A stretch of 64,000 nt of DNA, taken from positions 4,803 through 68,802 of the IMG/VR virus record IMGVR_UViG_3300006735_000030. One strand, given 5' to 3'. A model generated the notes under the pieces. That model was not told where the DNA came from and searched no databases. It saw nothing but the letters and a program-made list of their open reading frames with translations. The stretch comes from a virus. The translations under genes and the position numbers were made by a program. Positions 1 to 10,326 of the stretch are shown piece after piece; within the stretch, counting starts at the first letter, position 1, and every line of letters begins with the position of its first letter.

Positions 1-40
1 GGCCACACCATGTAGCTGTAAAGTACTTAGCTGTTTTCAT
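1..40 (-). CDS. Thioredoxin, N-terminus only (truncated by window edge)
   Basis: ATG at 40 after GGAG RBS translates MKTAKYFTATWCG..., the F-x-A-x-WCG(PC) thioredoxin motif. Confidence 0.75.
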   Translation of the reverse strand, partial: MKTAKYFTATWCG

Positions 41-49
41 CTTTGTCTC

Positions 50-571
50 CTAATCTAATACAATTTGAACTTCTCCTTCGTTCAGATTACTTGAATAATC
101 TCTATATGTGTAACTAATTGTCATAGTGTCTCCAATCATACTTTGAACTGGTGCTATCATATTATTTACTTCTCCATCTGAATTACTATAACTACAACAA
201 TTTGTTGTTGGTACTTCTGAACCATTGAACCAAGTAACATAGTTTGTGTCGTAACTTACATACTCTAAGTCATCCGTTAATCCGAACTCTACAACATAAC
301 CAAGTGTGTCACCTATGTACCAATAGTGTGAACTATACCAATTAAATCTTATTAATTCCACTGGACCTTCTTCTACATAAACACTACCACTTATTCTATG
401 TAGTGTTTGCCAACCACTTCTATCCATTTGTAAATGGTAGTAACCATTTTCGTCCAATGGTAATCTTACATCTATGTCAAAAAACACCTCATCGTAGTCT
501 GGTCCATATCGAGTATCACATCCTACGACAAGTAAAAAACTACCTACTACTACGCTTTTTATTAAACCCAT
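50..571 (-). CDS. Putative lipoprotein
   Basis: From internal ATG: MGLIKSVVVGSFLLVVGC, a hydrophobic signal with lipobox-like LVVG|C; ORF track start is 589. Confidence 0.6.
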   Translation of the reverse strand: MGLIKSVVVGSFLLVVGCDTRYGPDYDEVFFDIDVRLPLDENGYYHLQMDRSGWQTLHRISGSVYVEEGPVELIRFNWYSSHYWYIGDTLGYVVEFGLTDDLEYVSYDTNYVTWFNGSEVPTTNCCSYSNSDGEVNNMIAPVQSMIGDTMTISYTYRDYSSNLNEGEVQIVLD

Positions 572-710
572 TATTTCGTTTATTCTCACGTTTTGTTTTA
601 GCCTCCTTCCAAGACTTTTTTGGTTTCTTTGTTTTCAGAGATTTTGTATTCTCTTCGAACATTTCCTCTTCGAGAGCTTCGTAGTCATCCCAATTATACT
701 TAGACATCAT
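540..710 (-). CDS. Small charged hypothetical protein (56 aa, not in ORF track)
   Basis: MMSKYNWDDYEALEEEMFEENTKSLKTKKPKKSWKEAKTKRENKRNNGFNKKRSSR; GGGAG RBS and promoter directly upstream. Confidence 0.7.
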   Translation of the reverse strand: MMSKYNWDDYEALEEEMFEENTKSLKTKKPKKSWKEAKTKRENKRNNGFNKKRSSR

Positions 711-724
711 CTTTCTCCCTATGT

Positions 725-753
725 ATATTACGAAATAAATTCATAAATGTCAA
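725..753 (-). promoter_or_regulatory. sigma70-like promoter
   Basis: TTGACA-17 nt-TAATAT on minus strand, upstream of RBS and ATG at 710. Confidence 0.7.
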
Positions 754-995
754 GTGTTTTTTTGTATTTTTAGTTTTTCTATTGTGTCGAAAAATTTAGT
801 GAGTGTTAGTTCTTTACCCATATCTGTTAATATTTTACTATCTGTAAGTGACTCTGGGTCATTGTGAATAATTTTATATAACGCTTCAAATCCATGTGAT
901 GGATAAAATTTACCAAAACTCTCTTCTCCTAAAACGTTTGATTCGGATATTAAATCCTTTTTCGTATCACCTTTCAATAATAAATAGTAAACCAA
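750..995 (-). CDS. Hypothetical protein
   Basis: 81-aa ORF tiling with neighbours. Confidence 0.55.
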   Translation of the reverse strand: MVYYLLLKGDTKKDLISESNVLGEESFGKFYPSHGFEALYKIIHNDPESLTDSKILTDMGKELTLTKFFDTIEKLKIQKNT

Positions 996-998
996 AAC

Positions 999-1904
999 TC
1001 ATTCCACGTAAGATTTTTTTATAAATTCAACTAAATCTTTGTTTGGTTTCCAACCAAGTAACTCATGAGCTTTAGTATCAGTACATAATGTGTTTCTCAT
1101 TTCTCCTGGTCTCTTTTCAATATACTCTCTTGGGTAGTCACCAAACGCATCAGCTACTTCATTTATAGAGTAGTTATTTCCAGTACCCAATTCGAACTCT
1201 TCACCACTAACCTTTGCATTATATGCATTAGGAATCCACAACGATTTACCACATCTAACAAATCCATCAACAATATCGTCAACGTGAGTAAAATCTCTTC
1301 TTTGTTCTCCATCCCAAGTTATGGTTAATGGTTTACCATTCTTAAATTGTCTTTCAAATATACCAACAACTGTACAATACTCCCCCTCAGTTAATTGATG
1401 TGGGCCATACACATTATAAAATCTACATATAGCAGTTGGTGTATCATATATCTTATTATACATCTTAGTTAGTTCTTCACCTTGATACTTTGTGAATGTA
1501 TATGGATTAGCATATATGTCACCATGTGATGAAGAAGAACCAGCATAAACTACAGGTATATTTCCATACTTTCTTGAGTACTCTAAAATATTTTGTGTAC
1601 CAACAACATTTGTTCTAAATGTTTCTGATGGTTTGTCAAATGATGGTTGTATCCTGGCTAAAGCTGCAAGATGAAATATTACATCAAATTTTGGTATCTG
1701 ATTTGCTACTCTTATTGCATCTAAAGATTCTATAGAAACTTTATCTGATAACTCAACTTCATAATACTTACATCCATCTAAATGATTGGTTTTAAATCCA
1801 GTAGAATAATTGTCTAATGAAACAACTTTCCACCCATCACTCAATAATCTTTTAATTAGGTTTGTACCGATAAATCCGGCTCCACCTGTTACTAATGCTC
1901 GCAT
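999..1904 (-). CDS. NAD-dependent nucleotide-sugar epimerase/dehydratase (extended SDR)
   Basis: TGGAGFIG Rossmann motif, HLAA, YxxxK (YTFTK), RFYNVYGP, RDFTHVDD. Confidence 0.92.
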   Translation of the reverse strand: MRALVTGGAGFIGTNLIKRLLSDGWKVVSLDNYSTGFKTNHLDGCKYYEVELSDKVSIESLDAIRVANQIPKFDVIFHLAALARIQPSFDKPSETFRTNVVGTQNILEYSRKYGNIPVVYAGSSSSHGDIYANPYTFTKYQGEELTKMYNKIYDTPTAICRFYNVYGPHQLTEGEYCTVVGIFERQFKNGKPLTITWDGEQRRDFTHVDDIVDGFVRCGKSLWIPNAYNAKVSGEEFELGTGNNYSINEVADAFGDYPREYIEKRPGEMRNTLCTDTKAHELLGWKPNKDLVEFIKKSYVE

Positions 1905-3097
1905 ACTATCAATTCCTTTTCATATGTGTTTAACGATTTAATCCAAAACTTAAATATTTCAAGTTCCATTTCTCCTACCTCACCACTATCTCGAAGTATC
2001 TTTGGTAAGTTAGTTAGTATTTGAAAATTGTGCATTGTTAAATCATTACAATCAAACTCCACACAAATATCATGTAGTTCTGATATTTTACTATGTCCAT
2101 ACAATTTTATTTTTTCATCTAAGTCAATTATTGTATTCGGTTGTTCTTCTTTTTTATATTCACCAATACAATCTGAATCACTCAAGTCTAAATATATTTT
2201 ACTACACCAAGGTTCTAATTGACCCAATAATGATTTAGTACAATTATAAGCTACAAAAGCTATATCATACTTTGGTGTTACTATTGGTAACATATATTCA
2301 TCATGTTGTACCATTGTTCCCCATTTACGAGTAAAATTTCTCATGTTCTTATGATTGGTCATTTGCCATTCTGGTGAGTCTTTACCAATATCACCACCAG
2401 AATATTTGTTATATCTACTACCACGACTCGTAAAATGATATACAAATGATTCCCAAGATTGTATCAAGTCATAACCCTTCAATAAAAATCTATTGAATAA
2501 ATCTGAATCTTCTCTTGATTGTGGAGCAAATAATTCATCATGTCCACCTACAGCTAAGTAATCTTCTTTGTACATACACCAAGGAGCAAATATACCATTG
2601 GTTCTATCATTACCACTATCTTTAGGGCCGTATCTACCTTGTAATTCTTTAACTTTATCTTGAAACTTATCATTGTTAAAACTCTCTGGTTCTACACCAC
2701 AATCTAATATAACTTTTTCAACTCCCTCTGGATGTAATGGTGGTTCTATTCTTGTAGCACAAACTACTTTACCCTTTTCCAAGTATTGTAAAATGTGTAC
2801 ATCCAAACGACTACCAGCTACCATATCAGCATGAAAGGCAAATATGATGTCTGTTGATGCCATTTCAATTCCTTTGTCAAACATTCCAACAATACCAACT
2901 CTATCTGGTCCAGGATTTGTGTAGACGTGTAGGTTCTTATCTTCTAAACTCTTCAACCACTCTTCTGTACCATCAACACTAGCATCATTTAGTACAAGTA
3001 TGTGGTGGTCATTACCTAAGTCCTTAATAGACTTATAACATAACTTTAGTAGTTCAAGATTATTTCTACTTGGTATAACAAATGTTATTTGTTTCAT
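1892..3097 (-). CDS. GT2-family glycosyltransferase
   Basis: FVIPSRN...NDASVDGT, HADM, GGHDELF...EDSD motifs. Confidence 0.85.
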   Translation of the reverse strand: MKQITFVIPSRNNLELLKLCYKSIKDLGNDHHILVLNDASVDGTEEWLKSLEDKNLHVYTNPGPDRVGIVGMFDKGIEMASTDIIFAFHADMVAGSRLDVHILQYLEKGKVVCATRIEPPLHPEGVEKVILDCGVEPESFNNDKFQDKVKELQGRYGPKDSGNDRTNGIFAPWCMYKEDYLAVGGHDELFAPQSREDSDLFNRFLLKGYDLIQSWESFVYHFTSRGSRYNKYSGGDIGKDSPEWQMTNHKNMRNFTRKWGTMVQHDEYMLPIVTPKYDIAFVAYNCTKSLLGQLEPWCSKIYLDLSDSDCIGEYKKEEQPNTIIDLDEKIKLYGHSKISELHDICVEFDCNDLTMHNFQILTNLPKILRDSGEVGEMELEIFKFWIKSLNTYEKELIVCEH

Positions 3098-4047
3098 AAC
3101 GACTCCAATATTTTCATTGTCTTTTCGACAAATACTTTCTCTGAGTATTTTTGTTCAAACAATCTTCTTGTCTCTCTTGAACATTGTTCGTAAAATGCTA
3201 CATCCTCTTTTAGTCTAATAGCTAACTCAATACCTTTGTTTAGGTCTCCCTCTTCAATAGTAGTTTGTGGATGTAAATCTTTTTGTGGATTAACTTGGTC
3301 ATAACCAATACAAGGTATTCCATGAAATGATAGGTTAAGATTAAATGTTCCCGCCGATGGTGTTCCTAATTGAACTCCCATATAAAATTTAGATATTACG
3401 TGAATCCATTGATACCATTGCATCCAATCGAGATGAGTTATATCAAGTTGTCTCTCTTCTGGCTTCATTCGACCAGTAGTTGGAGCATAAATTGGTAGTC
3501 CTACTTGTTTACCAACTATGTAAGAATCGAACCCACGATAAGCACTAACAAAGTTACCACCAATAATTACACCATCTTTACTACCACCACCGCAAGATGG
3601 TACTGAATCATTTCCATCTAAGTTATCTGTAATCATAACACTTTGTAATAACTCACATCTCCTTTGAGTTAGTCCACGATAATATTTTAAATCAACATCA
3701 TTGTGACAAAATATCAAATCTGCTTGTAGTAAACAATTATAGTACCAAACTTGTGTACCAATCTCATCATCTTGCCAATAGGAATAAGTACTCTCTTGCA
3801 TTATACATACTTTTTTACATACTCTTTTCAACTCTTCCATCATATTGAATTGTTGAACAACCATTTTGTTTTTAGGTATTATAACAATACCAACATCAAA
3901 TGTATCTTTCTTGACTTCCCTAACTAATGGAAGTGGTACGTGTTCTGCTCCAAGTGCACAAACCCAAGCTACATCTGTTCTCATATTTGGATGATTTCGT
4001 GGTACACCACCTTGGTAACCAGCTTCAGAAAAAAACCCTATTTTCAT
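3094..4047 (-). CDS. Putative GT-B fold glycosyltransferase
   Basis: MKIGFF start, C-terminal GIPCIG motif typical of GT-B; glycan cluster context. Confidence 0.55.
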   Translation of the reverse strand: MKIGFFSEAGYQGGVPRNHPNMRTDVAWVCALGAEHVPLPLVREVKKDTFDVGIVIIPKNKMVVQQFNMMEELKRVCKKVCIMQESTYSYWQDDEIGTQVWYYNCLLQADLIFCHNDVDLKYYRGLTQRRCELLQSVMITDNLDGNDSVPSCGGGSKDGVIIGGNFVSAYRGFDSYIVGKQVGLPIYAPTTGRMKPEERQLDITHLDWMQWYQWIHVISKFYMGVQLGTPSAGTFNLNLSFHGIPCIGYDQVNPQKDLHPQTTIEEGDLNKGIELAIRLKEDVAFYEQCSRETRRLFEQKYSEKVFVEKTMKILESL

Positions 4048-4496
4048 TCTTTATTTCCTAAATTATTATCTCTTTCAAACTCTTCTACACTCTCCCACAC
4101 TTCTGTTTGACTATCTCCTGGTAATACTCTATAAGAATCTGAATCTTCATGATGTGTAGATACTTCAAATATTCTACCATCTGTTAAAGCTTCTAATTGA
4201 TGTGGTTGACCAGGATATTGTCTAACTACCCAACCAGGTTCTAATGTTATTGTGGTTGGTAATGCATTTTCAGTATCAATAAACGTGTACCTAAACTGAC
4301 CTTCTTCTACCCACCAAGTTTCATCTTTTTTCATGTGGTAGTGCATTGAAAATTTACAACCCTTGTTAAATACTAATATCTTTCCACAATACAATTCATT
4401 GTTCTCTATGATTATTTCTTTACCCCAACCCTTTGGAATGTGACAAGCCTCTTCCATGAAGACTGGTGTTTTTATATCCCCATGTCTTAATGTCAT
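4044..4496 (-). CDS. Cupin-fold sugar isomerase-like protein
   Basis: PKGWG.E, SMHYHxxKDETW, PGQPHQL, EVST cupin metal motifs. Confidence 0.8.
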   Translation of the reverse strand: MTLRHGDIKTPVFMEEACHIPKGWGKEIIIENNELYCGKILVFNKGCKFSMHYHMKKDETWWVEEGQFRYTFIDTENALPTTITLEPGWVVRQYPGQPHQLEALTDGRIFEVSTHHEDSDSYRVLPGDSQTEVWESVEEFERDNNLGNKE

Positions 4497-5122
4497 CCGT
4501 ATAATCTCTCTATTCTAAATTGTTCTACATAACCAACACCAACTTTTGAACATTGGTAATTGGTATGAAATGATTTAATACTCTGTTCTTGAAAATACAA
4601 CTTATCTTTTTGTGAAGAGAATCCATCTCTAAGGTCTCGTATCTTAGAGTCCAATAACAAATCATCTATTTCAACATAGTAATTTGGAATCCACTCTTCT
4701 AATGTTGATGGTGTTCTATATGTTATTAGACCAGTACTAATTCCTCTCAACATAGCTTTTGATATGTGATTAACCATTCTATGTTCAAAGTGTGAATCGT
4801 GTTTTGGTAGAGATAATATAGCATCATAACCTTTTATATCAAAATTGTTTTCAAGATGATTAACCCAAAAATCTTCTGGACTATCTTTTACACAAGTAAA
4901 TTCTAAACAAGTACCATTAACATTAGTTAGTTTATCCCAAATCCATTGACATTCACCAAATCTCGAATTACCAGTAGTAACATCAAAGTCACCACCATTT
5001 GATAAAACTACTACATCAAATTGTGTATCACCACAACTTATCATAGAACCCAACACACCATATTCAGTATCATCTGGATGAGCTGATAGACATAAAACCT
5101 TATTTAAATTTAAAAACTTCAT
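4493..5122 (-). CDS. PIG-L/LmbE-family deacetylase
   Basis: SAHPDDTE and DSHFEH motifs. Confidence 0.85.
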   Translation of the reverse strand: MKFLNLNKVLCLSAHPDDTEYGVLGSMISCGDTQFDVVVLSNGGDFDVTTGNSRFGECQWIWDKLTNVNGTCLEFTCVKDSPEDFWVNHLENNFDIKGYDAILSLPKHDSHFEHRMVNHISKAMLRGISTGLITYRTPSTLEEWIPNYYVEIDDLLLDSKIRDLRDGFSSQKDKLYFQEQSIKSFHTNYQCSKVGVGYVEQFRIERLYG

Positions 5123-5649
5123 TTATACAAATTTATATTATACTTTTGCTTTCTCGGTGAAATGGAATCAACCAAAGTCATATCTTTTATCTTAGTTTTT
5201 GGTCTTCCATTTGTTAGTAAATATCCTGCATTGTTTTTACACCAAGTAATAAAACTATCTTTAGGATTACTTTGTCTACCTGGCCAAATAGACTCGTGGA
5301 TATTAAACATAATTGCAACATCAAATTTATATGACTCTAATTGTAATACTTGTGAGACATCTTTATTGTAAAACTTTATTGTGTCATCACTCCAAGTATC
5401 ATAAGCTATAGTATTAATACCTAACATTTCTGTACTCGTGAATGATGATTTTATTTTCTTTAGTACCTCACCTTTACCACAAAAGAAATCTATATAACTA
5501 CCACTATGTAGATTATTATTTTCTAATATGGTTTTTATAGAATCTAAAAAGAATTGACTTGATGTATCAAACTCATTATAATTTTCTGTTATTAGAGCAC
5601 TTGGTTCTGATAAATTATTTATGTTTGTACAAAGTTCTGTGTAGTTCAT
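5119..5649 (-). CDS. Putative class I SAM-dependent methyltransferase
   Basis: YIDFFCGKG motif I, KFDVAI motif. Confidence 0.55.
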   Translation of the reverse strand: MNYTELCTNINNLSEPSALITENYNEFDTSSQFFLDSIKTILENNNLHSGSYIDFFCGKGEVLKKIKSSFTSTEMLGINTIAYDTWSDDTIKFYNKDVSQVLQLESYKFDVAIMFNIHESIWPGRQSNPKDSFITWCKNNAGYLLTNGRPKTKIKDMTLVDSISPRKQKYNINLYK

Positions 5650-6452
5650 ATTGATTTAAAAACCTTACCATTATATATTTTTATTCCACGTCTACGAAGA
5701 TAGTCTCTTAAATCTTCAGCTACTATATTATCACTACCTTCCATAGTTTTGTCTATTATATTATAAATAGTCTCATCACCATTATAATTCAAAAAAATAT
5801 TTGGTTTCTCGTATCTTATTTTAGTATCTAAAAAATTGACACCCATGTCTGTTGTATTTATTTTGTGTTCCATTAACTCTGTCCAATCGTCAATGATATT
5901 CCAAACCATACTTCTTAACCCATCATCACTAACTTCTCTTGGATAAACATTTTCTTTAATCACTTTACAAGGTGAACCAGCTGAGAAAGAACCACTTGGT
6001 AGACTTCTATTGATAATTGAATTGATTCCTATAACTACGTTATCACCAATAGTTACGTTAGGTAAAACAATACTCCTTGCTGGTAACCACACATTCTTAC
6101 CTATTGAAACTGGTCCAAAGTCTGCTGGAAATCCTTGTGTTATATCTAACCAAGCTCCATGAGTCCATATCTGAACATCACAACCTATACCAGTATTGTC
6201 TCCTATTGTAACTGGTGAGTTTGGATTTATAATAGTATTCTCAAATATACCAACATTATCTCCAATCGTTACATTTGAATGAACACCATTACATCCACCT
6301 CTACCAACTTCAACTCCTTCTGTCATATAAAGATAATCACCAGCAATAAACTTACGACAAGTTATCTTTACATTAGGCCCTATGTAAGAATTTTTTCCTA
6401 CTACAAATTCTTCACAATCTATAACAGCCGATTTACTTAATGAAACGCTCAT
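5646..6452 (-). CDS. Hexapeptide-repeat (LbH) acyltransferase
   Basis: Repeated VTIGDN hexapeptides, IWTHG, GSPCKVIK. Confidence 0.88.
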   Translation of the reverse strand: MSVSLSKSAVIDCEEFVVGKNSYIGPNVKITCRKFIAGDYLYMTEGVEVGRGGCNGVHSNVTIGDNVGIFENTIINPNSPVTIGDNTGIGCDVQIWTHGAWLDITQGFPADFGPVSIGKNVWLPARSIVLPNVTIGDNVVIGINSIINRSLPSGSFSAGSPCKVIKENVYPREVSDDGLRSMVWNIIDDWTELMEHKINTTDMGVNFLDTKIRYEKPNIFLNYNGDETIYNIIDKTMEGSDNIVAEDLRDYLRRRGIKIYNGKVFKSI

Positions 6453-7011
6453 AAAACTCTTCCATTGTTTTTACTCTATTGTGTGTATCAACATTTTGAT
6501 TATGTGGTGTATCCATTAATACAAATCCATTGTCTCTACGACCTATAGTCCAAGCATCATAATTTTCTGGTGAGTCATCTAATAAAAAGTCAACGTCTTG
6601 TTTCCATTTTTCTTCACCTCTTACAAAACGAACTTCTTCAAAATTTAATTGTTGATTACCCAACCACTTTAGAGTATAGTGTCTAGCGTGTTTTTTCTGT
6701 GAACTGATACAATAGAATTGGTGTTCTGTATTTTCCATCATCCATCTTAGAAATTCAACATTACCACTAAATGATTTACCATTACCAAATAGTTCATCAA
6801 CGTGTCTGTACCAATAAATCTCTTTTAGTTCATCTCTTGTTGCATTAAAACACTTTTCCATATCCCATTCTGTTATTACATCAACACCAGGTTTTAACCA
6901 TTGTGGTCGTTCTCGTTTTACCACTTCATATAAATCACCAGAGAAATCTCTGAGAACTCCATCAACATCTATACCTATTTTTTTAATGTCCGACATATTA
7001 CTGCCTCCCAA
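6433..7011 (-). CDS. HAD-family 5'(3')-deoxyribonucleotidase-like protein
   Basis: IGIDVDGVLRDF, LLDDSPEN, PHNQ motifs; true start probably MSDIKK. Confidence 0.8.
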   Translation of the reverse strand: MGGSNMSDIKKIGIDVDGVLRDFSGDLYEVVKRERPQWLKPGVDVITEWDMEKCFNATRDELKEIYWYRHVDELFGNGKSFSGNVEFLRWMMENTEHQFYCISSQKKHARHYTLKWLGNQQLNFEEVRFVRGEEKWKQDVDFLLDDSPENYDAWTIGRRDNGFVLMDTPHNQNVDTHNRVKTMEEFYERFIK

Positions 7012-7604
7012 TCATTATATTTCATTGTTCCATGTTGTGTTCCAGCTGGATAACCGATACCTTTTACTATTTCCATGTGTCCAAACCAACAAACTTCATC
7101 TACCGCTTGTTTAACACCTTCAAACTTTTCATTTCCATAATCTTCTATGATGATGTATTTTTCTTGTTTAGGTTTTAGTTCGAGTGAATTAGCTATATCT
7201 GTTTTTACTTTTTCGTACTCTCTTAGACAATCAATAAAAATAACTTCTACACCCCTAAATTTTTCTTCAATCTCTTCATTCCAAAAACCAGCTATACCTC
7301 TTCCTGGCCATGGTCTGTTACTATACGAATCATTCACAAAGTATGTTATGTTTTTATCTTCCTCTTGAGTAGGAATCCAATCATCACCTTTGTCGTTTAT
7401 GTTCATAGTAATTACCTTGTCAAACAAATGAGACATTAATTTAGTGGTGTGTCCTCTATGAGTACCAATTTCCATCGCTTTAACACCCCTAAATTTACTA
7501 TCAGAAAAGTAATTATACAAGTCTTTTTTAAACTTTTTTGATGTTGTATTTGGATACTCACTTTTATCAGGTATATCCTTTAGTATTTCATCTATACTAA
7601 TCAT
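6975..7604 (-). CDS. SAM-dependent methyltransferase (Methyltransf_24-like)
   Basis: MEIGTHRGHTT, IFIDC, IIIEDY...GVKQAVDE. Confidence 0.75.
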   Translation of the reverse strand: MISIDEILKDIPDKSEYPNTTSKKFKKDLYNYFSDSKFRGVKAMEIGTHRGHTTKLMSHLFDKVITMNINDKGDDWIPTQEEDKNITYFVNDSYSNRPWPGRGIAGFWNEEIEEKFRGVEVIFIDCLREYEKVKTDIANSLELKPKQEKYIIIEDYGNEKFEGVKQAVDEVCWFGHMEIVKGIGYPAGTQHGTMKYNDWEAVICRTLKK

Positions 7605-8001
7605 CCCAACTTACCTCCCAGTCTTTAAATTCTGCGGCTATACAATCAACTTTATAATCTTTTCTACCACCTTCTTCAAGTGAATCTTGTATGATATTTT
7701 TAGCAGTATTTCTTATACCATTTAGTCCATGAGTCAATCCGAGATTACCATCACCTTCACCAGCTCGATATTTAGTTTCATTGTGCCATATGTGTAGATT
7801 CATTTGAGCTAATACTACAATGGCTCTTATCATCTCACCACTTGGTTTTTCCCAATTCATTAGTTCATTTAAATCATGAACTATATCTTTAATCTCTTTA
7901 GCATATTCTTCTTTATGTTCTGGTATAAAAACCTCTTTCAATTGAACGATAGATAATCTATCTATCAGTTCTGCTATTGTTGGTAGATATTTTCTAGCCA
8001 T
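7597..8001 (-). CDS. Hypothetical helical protein of glycan cluster
   Basis: AELIDRLSIVQLK...NLHIWHNE...NGIRN pattern resembles DUF6165-like proteins. Confidence 0.5.
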   Translation of the reverse strand: MARKYLPTIAELIDRLSIVQLKEVFIPEHKEEYAKEIKDIVHDLNELMNWEKPSGEMIRAIVVLAQMNLHIWHNETKYRAGEGDGNLGLTHGLNGIRNTAKNIIQDSLEEGGRKDYKVDCIAAEFKDWEVSWDD

Positions 8002-8998
8002 CTATTTCTATCCTATCTTTGAATGGTTGTTGGTTGTCACCAAGTATTGTTAAATTGTGTTCACAAATACTATGGTTATTCATCCATTTACTATTAGACT
8101 TTCTCTTTTCTTTATTACTTTTCATATCCACTTCTCCTTGGACATACTCTCTTTTCTTTGGATGATTTCTATTATGTACTTTCAGTATGTTTTTTACTAC
8201 AAATTGTCTGAAATTTTTACCCATCATTCTCATAGTTAAGTTTTGAAAGGCTGTATCTTCTCCACACGCCCAAACACCAGGTGGTACATTACAACCATTA
8301 AGAACTAAGTCTGATGATATAACTAAACCACTACCATCGAATCTTGGATAATCTATAACTCTAACATCCATGTCTTCTGACATATTGTTTATCTTATCCA
8401 TTTCTGAACTATCCATAGAATACCAAATACTTGACGGGTCATCTTTCCATTTTTCTGGTTCATGCATTTCGTGGTACTCTTTACCTTCTACAAAAGGGTG
8501 TTCTAACACTTCCCAACTTTTATCCCACATCTTTCTGATACCAAATGTTAATACAAATTTATTTATACCTTGTTCTCTAGCATACTTATCAACATTTTCA
8601 AGAACTACAAATTGTTCTCGTGGCATTAAACAATCACTTTCACCCCATATCAGTAAATCTCGGTCAACACAATAATTGGAATTGAATTGTCTTCTATAGT
8701 CACCAATAAAATATGGTCTTTCATCATCATCATATATAAAGTATTCTACATTAGCTCCTTGTTGTCTCATATCATCAATGTAATTTTCAAATCTTCTTAT
8801 GAGAAGTTTTTTACTTGTTTGTTCAGTATCTATCTTCTCAAAGTATTGTGATATATTAAAACAAAAATCAATGGTAACATTCTCTTTGTTCTCGATTGGT
8901 TCTATTGAAGCTAGTACACTATCCATATAATCTGGAACCATGTCTATTTCATAGAACATCACGTGACATCCTATAGCATATGTGTTACTTAGTTTCAT
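7994..8998 (-). CDS. Putative GT-A fold glycosyltransferase
   Basis: WGESDCL (DxD-like) and GEDTAF motifs; context. Confidence 0.5.
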   Translation of the reverse strand: MKLSNTYAIGCHVMFYEIDMVPDYMDSVLASIEPIENKENVTIDFCFNISQYFEKIDTEQTSKKLLIRRFENYIDDMRQQGANVEYFIYDDDERPYFIGDYRRQFNSNYCVDRDLLIWGESDCLMPREQFVVLENVDKYAREQGINKFVLTFGIRKMWDKSWEVLEHPFVEGKEYHEMHEPEKWKDDPSSIWYSMDSSEMDKINNMSEDMDVRVIDYPRFDGSGLVISSDLVLNGCNVPPGVWACGEDTAFQNLTMRMMGKNFRQFVVKNILKVHNRNHPKKREYVQGEVDMKSNKEKRKSNSKWMNNHSICEHNLTILGDNQQPFKDRIEIDG

Positions 8999-10109
8999 AG
9001 ACTTCTTCTGCCCATTTGTTACACCAATAAATTACGTAATCAATATCCTCTTCAACCATTCTGTTATGAACTGGTAAAGATATCAACTTCAACCATTCCG
9101 TATCTGCTACTGGATATTCTCTATTTTGTTCCAATGGTGTATACTTATGAAGTGGTTTGAAATGTACTGATGTGTGTACCTTTTTGTCTGCTAGGTAATC
9201 AATCAAATCATCTCTTGTAAGTTCATTTTTAGGTGTAATCCTTGGACAATAATATTGTACGGTTTCTGTATGTGGTGGTCTTTCAAATATAGGATTTAGT
9301 TCTTCGTTGTATCTTTTTTGTACGTGTCTACGAAACTCTAAATTAGATGGTAACTTTTTCATCTGTTCTAAACAAATAGCGGCCATTATATCAATCATAT
9401 AATATTTGTAACCAAGTAAGTCCACTTGATAATCCCAAGCATAACCTGGTTTACCACTAGCACCACTAGCTCTACTCCAAGTAGATGATACTCCAAACCA
9501 AGTCATCTCTCTACACTTTTCAATTAATTCTTTATCATTACTTGTAATCATTCCACCATCACCACACGGCATTGTCTTGACTGCTTGAAATGACCAAACA
9601 GCTACATCACCACCTTGACCAGCTCCTGGTGTCCAACAACTATGTGCACAATCCTCAAGAATAAATCCACCAAAAACCTTTCTCAGTGCTTCGTAATCGG
9701 CTGGAACACCAGCTTCATTTACTGCTATCATAACTTCACTATTAGGTTTCTTATACCTTTCAACATCTTCTGGGTCTATACACAATGTGTCTCTTTTAAC
9801 ATCAACTATATTTGATGTATAGTCATTCCACAACGGAATCATTGCTGTAGCTATAAAAGATATTGTTGGATTGATAACATCAATACCTTTAAATCCCATA
9901 GCTTTCATAACCAAGTCTTGACCATGTGAAGCACTTGTTACAGCACAAGCATATTTATGTCCGACCATTTCTGCGAACTTCTCTTCAAACTCTGCTACTT
10001 TAGGGCCTTTACCCCACCATCCACTCTCTATTACTTGAGTAAGAGCTTCTATCTCTTCTTTTCCACCTTTGGGGCCTAAGACTGGTAACATTGTATCTCT
10101 AATTTCCAT
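8985..10109 (-). CDS. DegT/DnrJ/EryC1/StrS PLP-dependent sugar aminotransferase
   Basis: EDCAHS, SFQAVK (PLP lysine), GDGGMI, ISLPVH. Confidence 0.93.
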   Translation of the reverse strand: MEIRDTMLPVLGPKGGKEEIEALTQVIESGWWGKGPKVAEFEEKFAEMVGHKYACAVTSASHGQDLVMKAMGFKGIDVINPTISFIATAMIPLWNDYTSNIVDVKRDTLCIDPEDVERYKKPNSEVMIAVNEAGVPADYEALRKVFGGFILEDCAHSCWTPGAGQGGDVAVWSFQAVKTMPCGDGGMITSNDKELIEKCREMTWFGVSSTWSRASGASGKPGYAWDYQVDLLGYKYYMIDIMAAICLEQMKKLPSNLEFRRHVQKRYNEELNPIFERPPHTETVQYYCPRITPKNELTRDDLIDYLADKKVHTSVHFKPLHKYTPLEQNREYPVADTEWLKLISLPVHNRMVEEDIDYVIYWCNKWAEEVYETK

Positions 10110-10326
10110 TATCTTCCTCCGAAAATACTTCTACCATTAAAACATTATTATCATTTATCATTATATAACGACCATCTTTACACTTAAATTTAGTAAATTG
10201 TCCTTGTTCTATTGACAACGTATCTATTCCATGTATGGTCTTTCTATAACCTTCTTTAAAATGAACTATTTGTGTAACATATCTACCTTCGTGTGCAACT
10301 GAAGATAGTAAATTCTTTTTACTCAT
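10099..10326 (-). CDS. Hypothetical protein
   Basis: 75-aa ORF overlapping both neighbours. Confidence 0.55.
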   Translation of the reverse strand: MSKKNLLSSVAHEGRYVTQIVHFKEGYRKTIHGIDTLSIEQGQFTKFKCKDGRYIMINDNNVLMVEVFSEEDNGN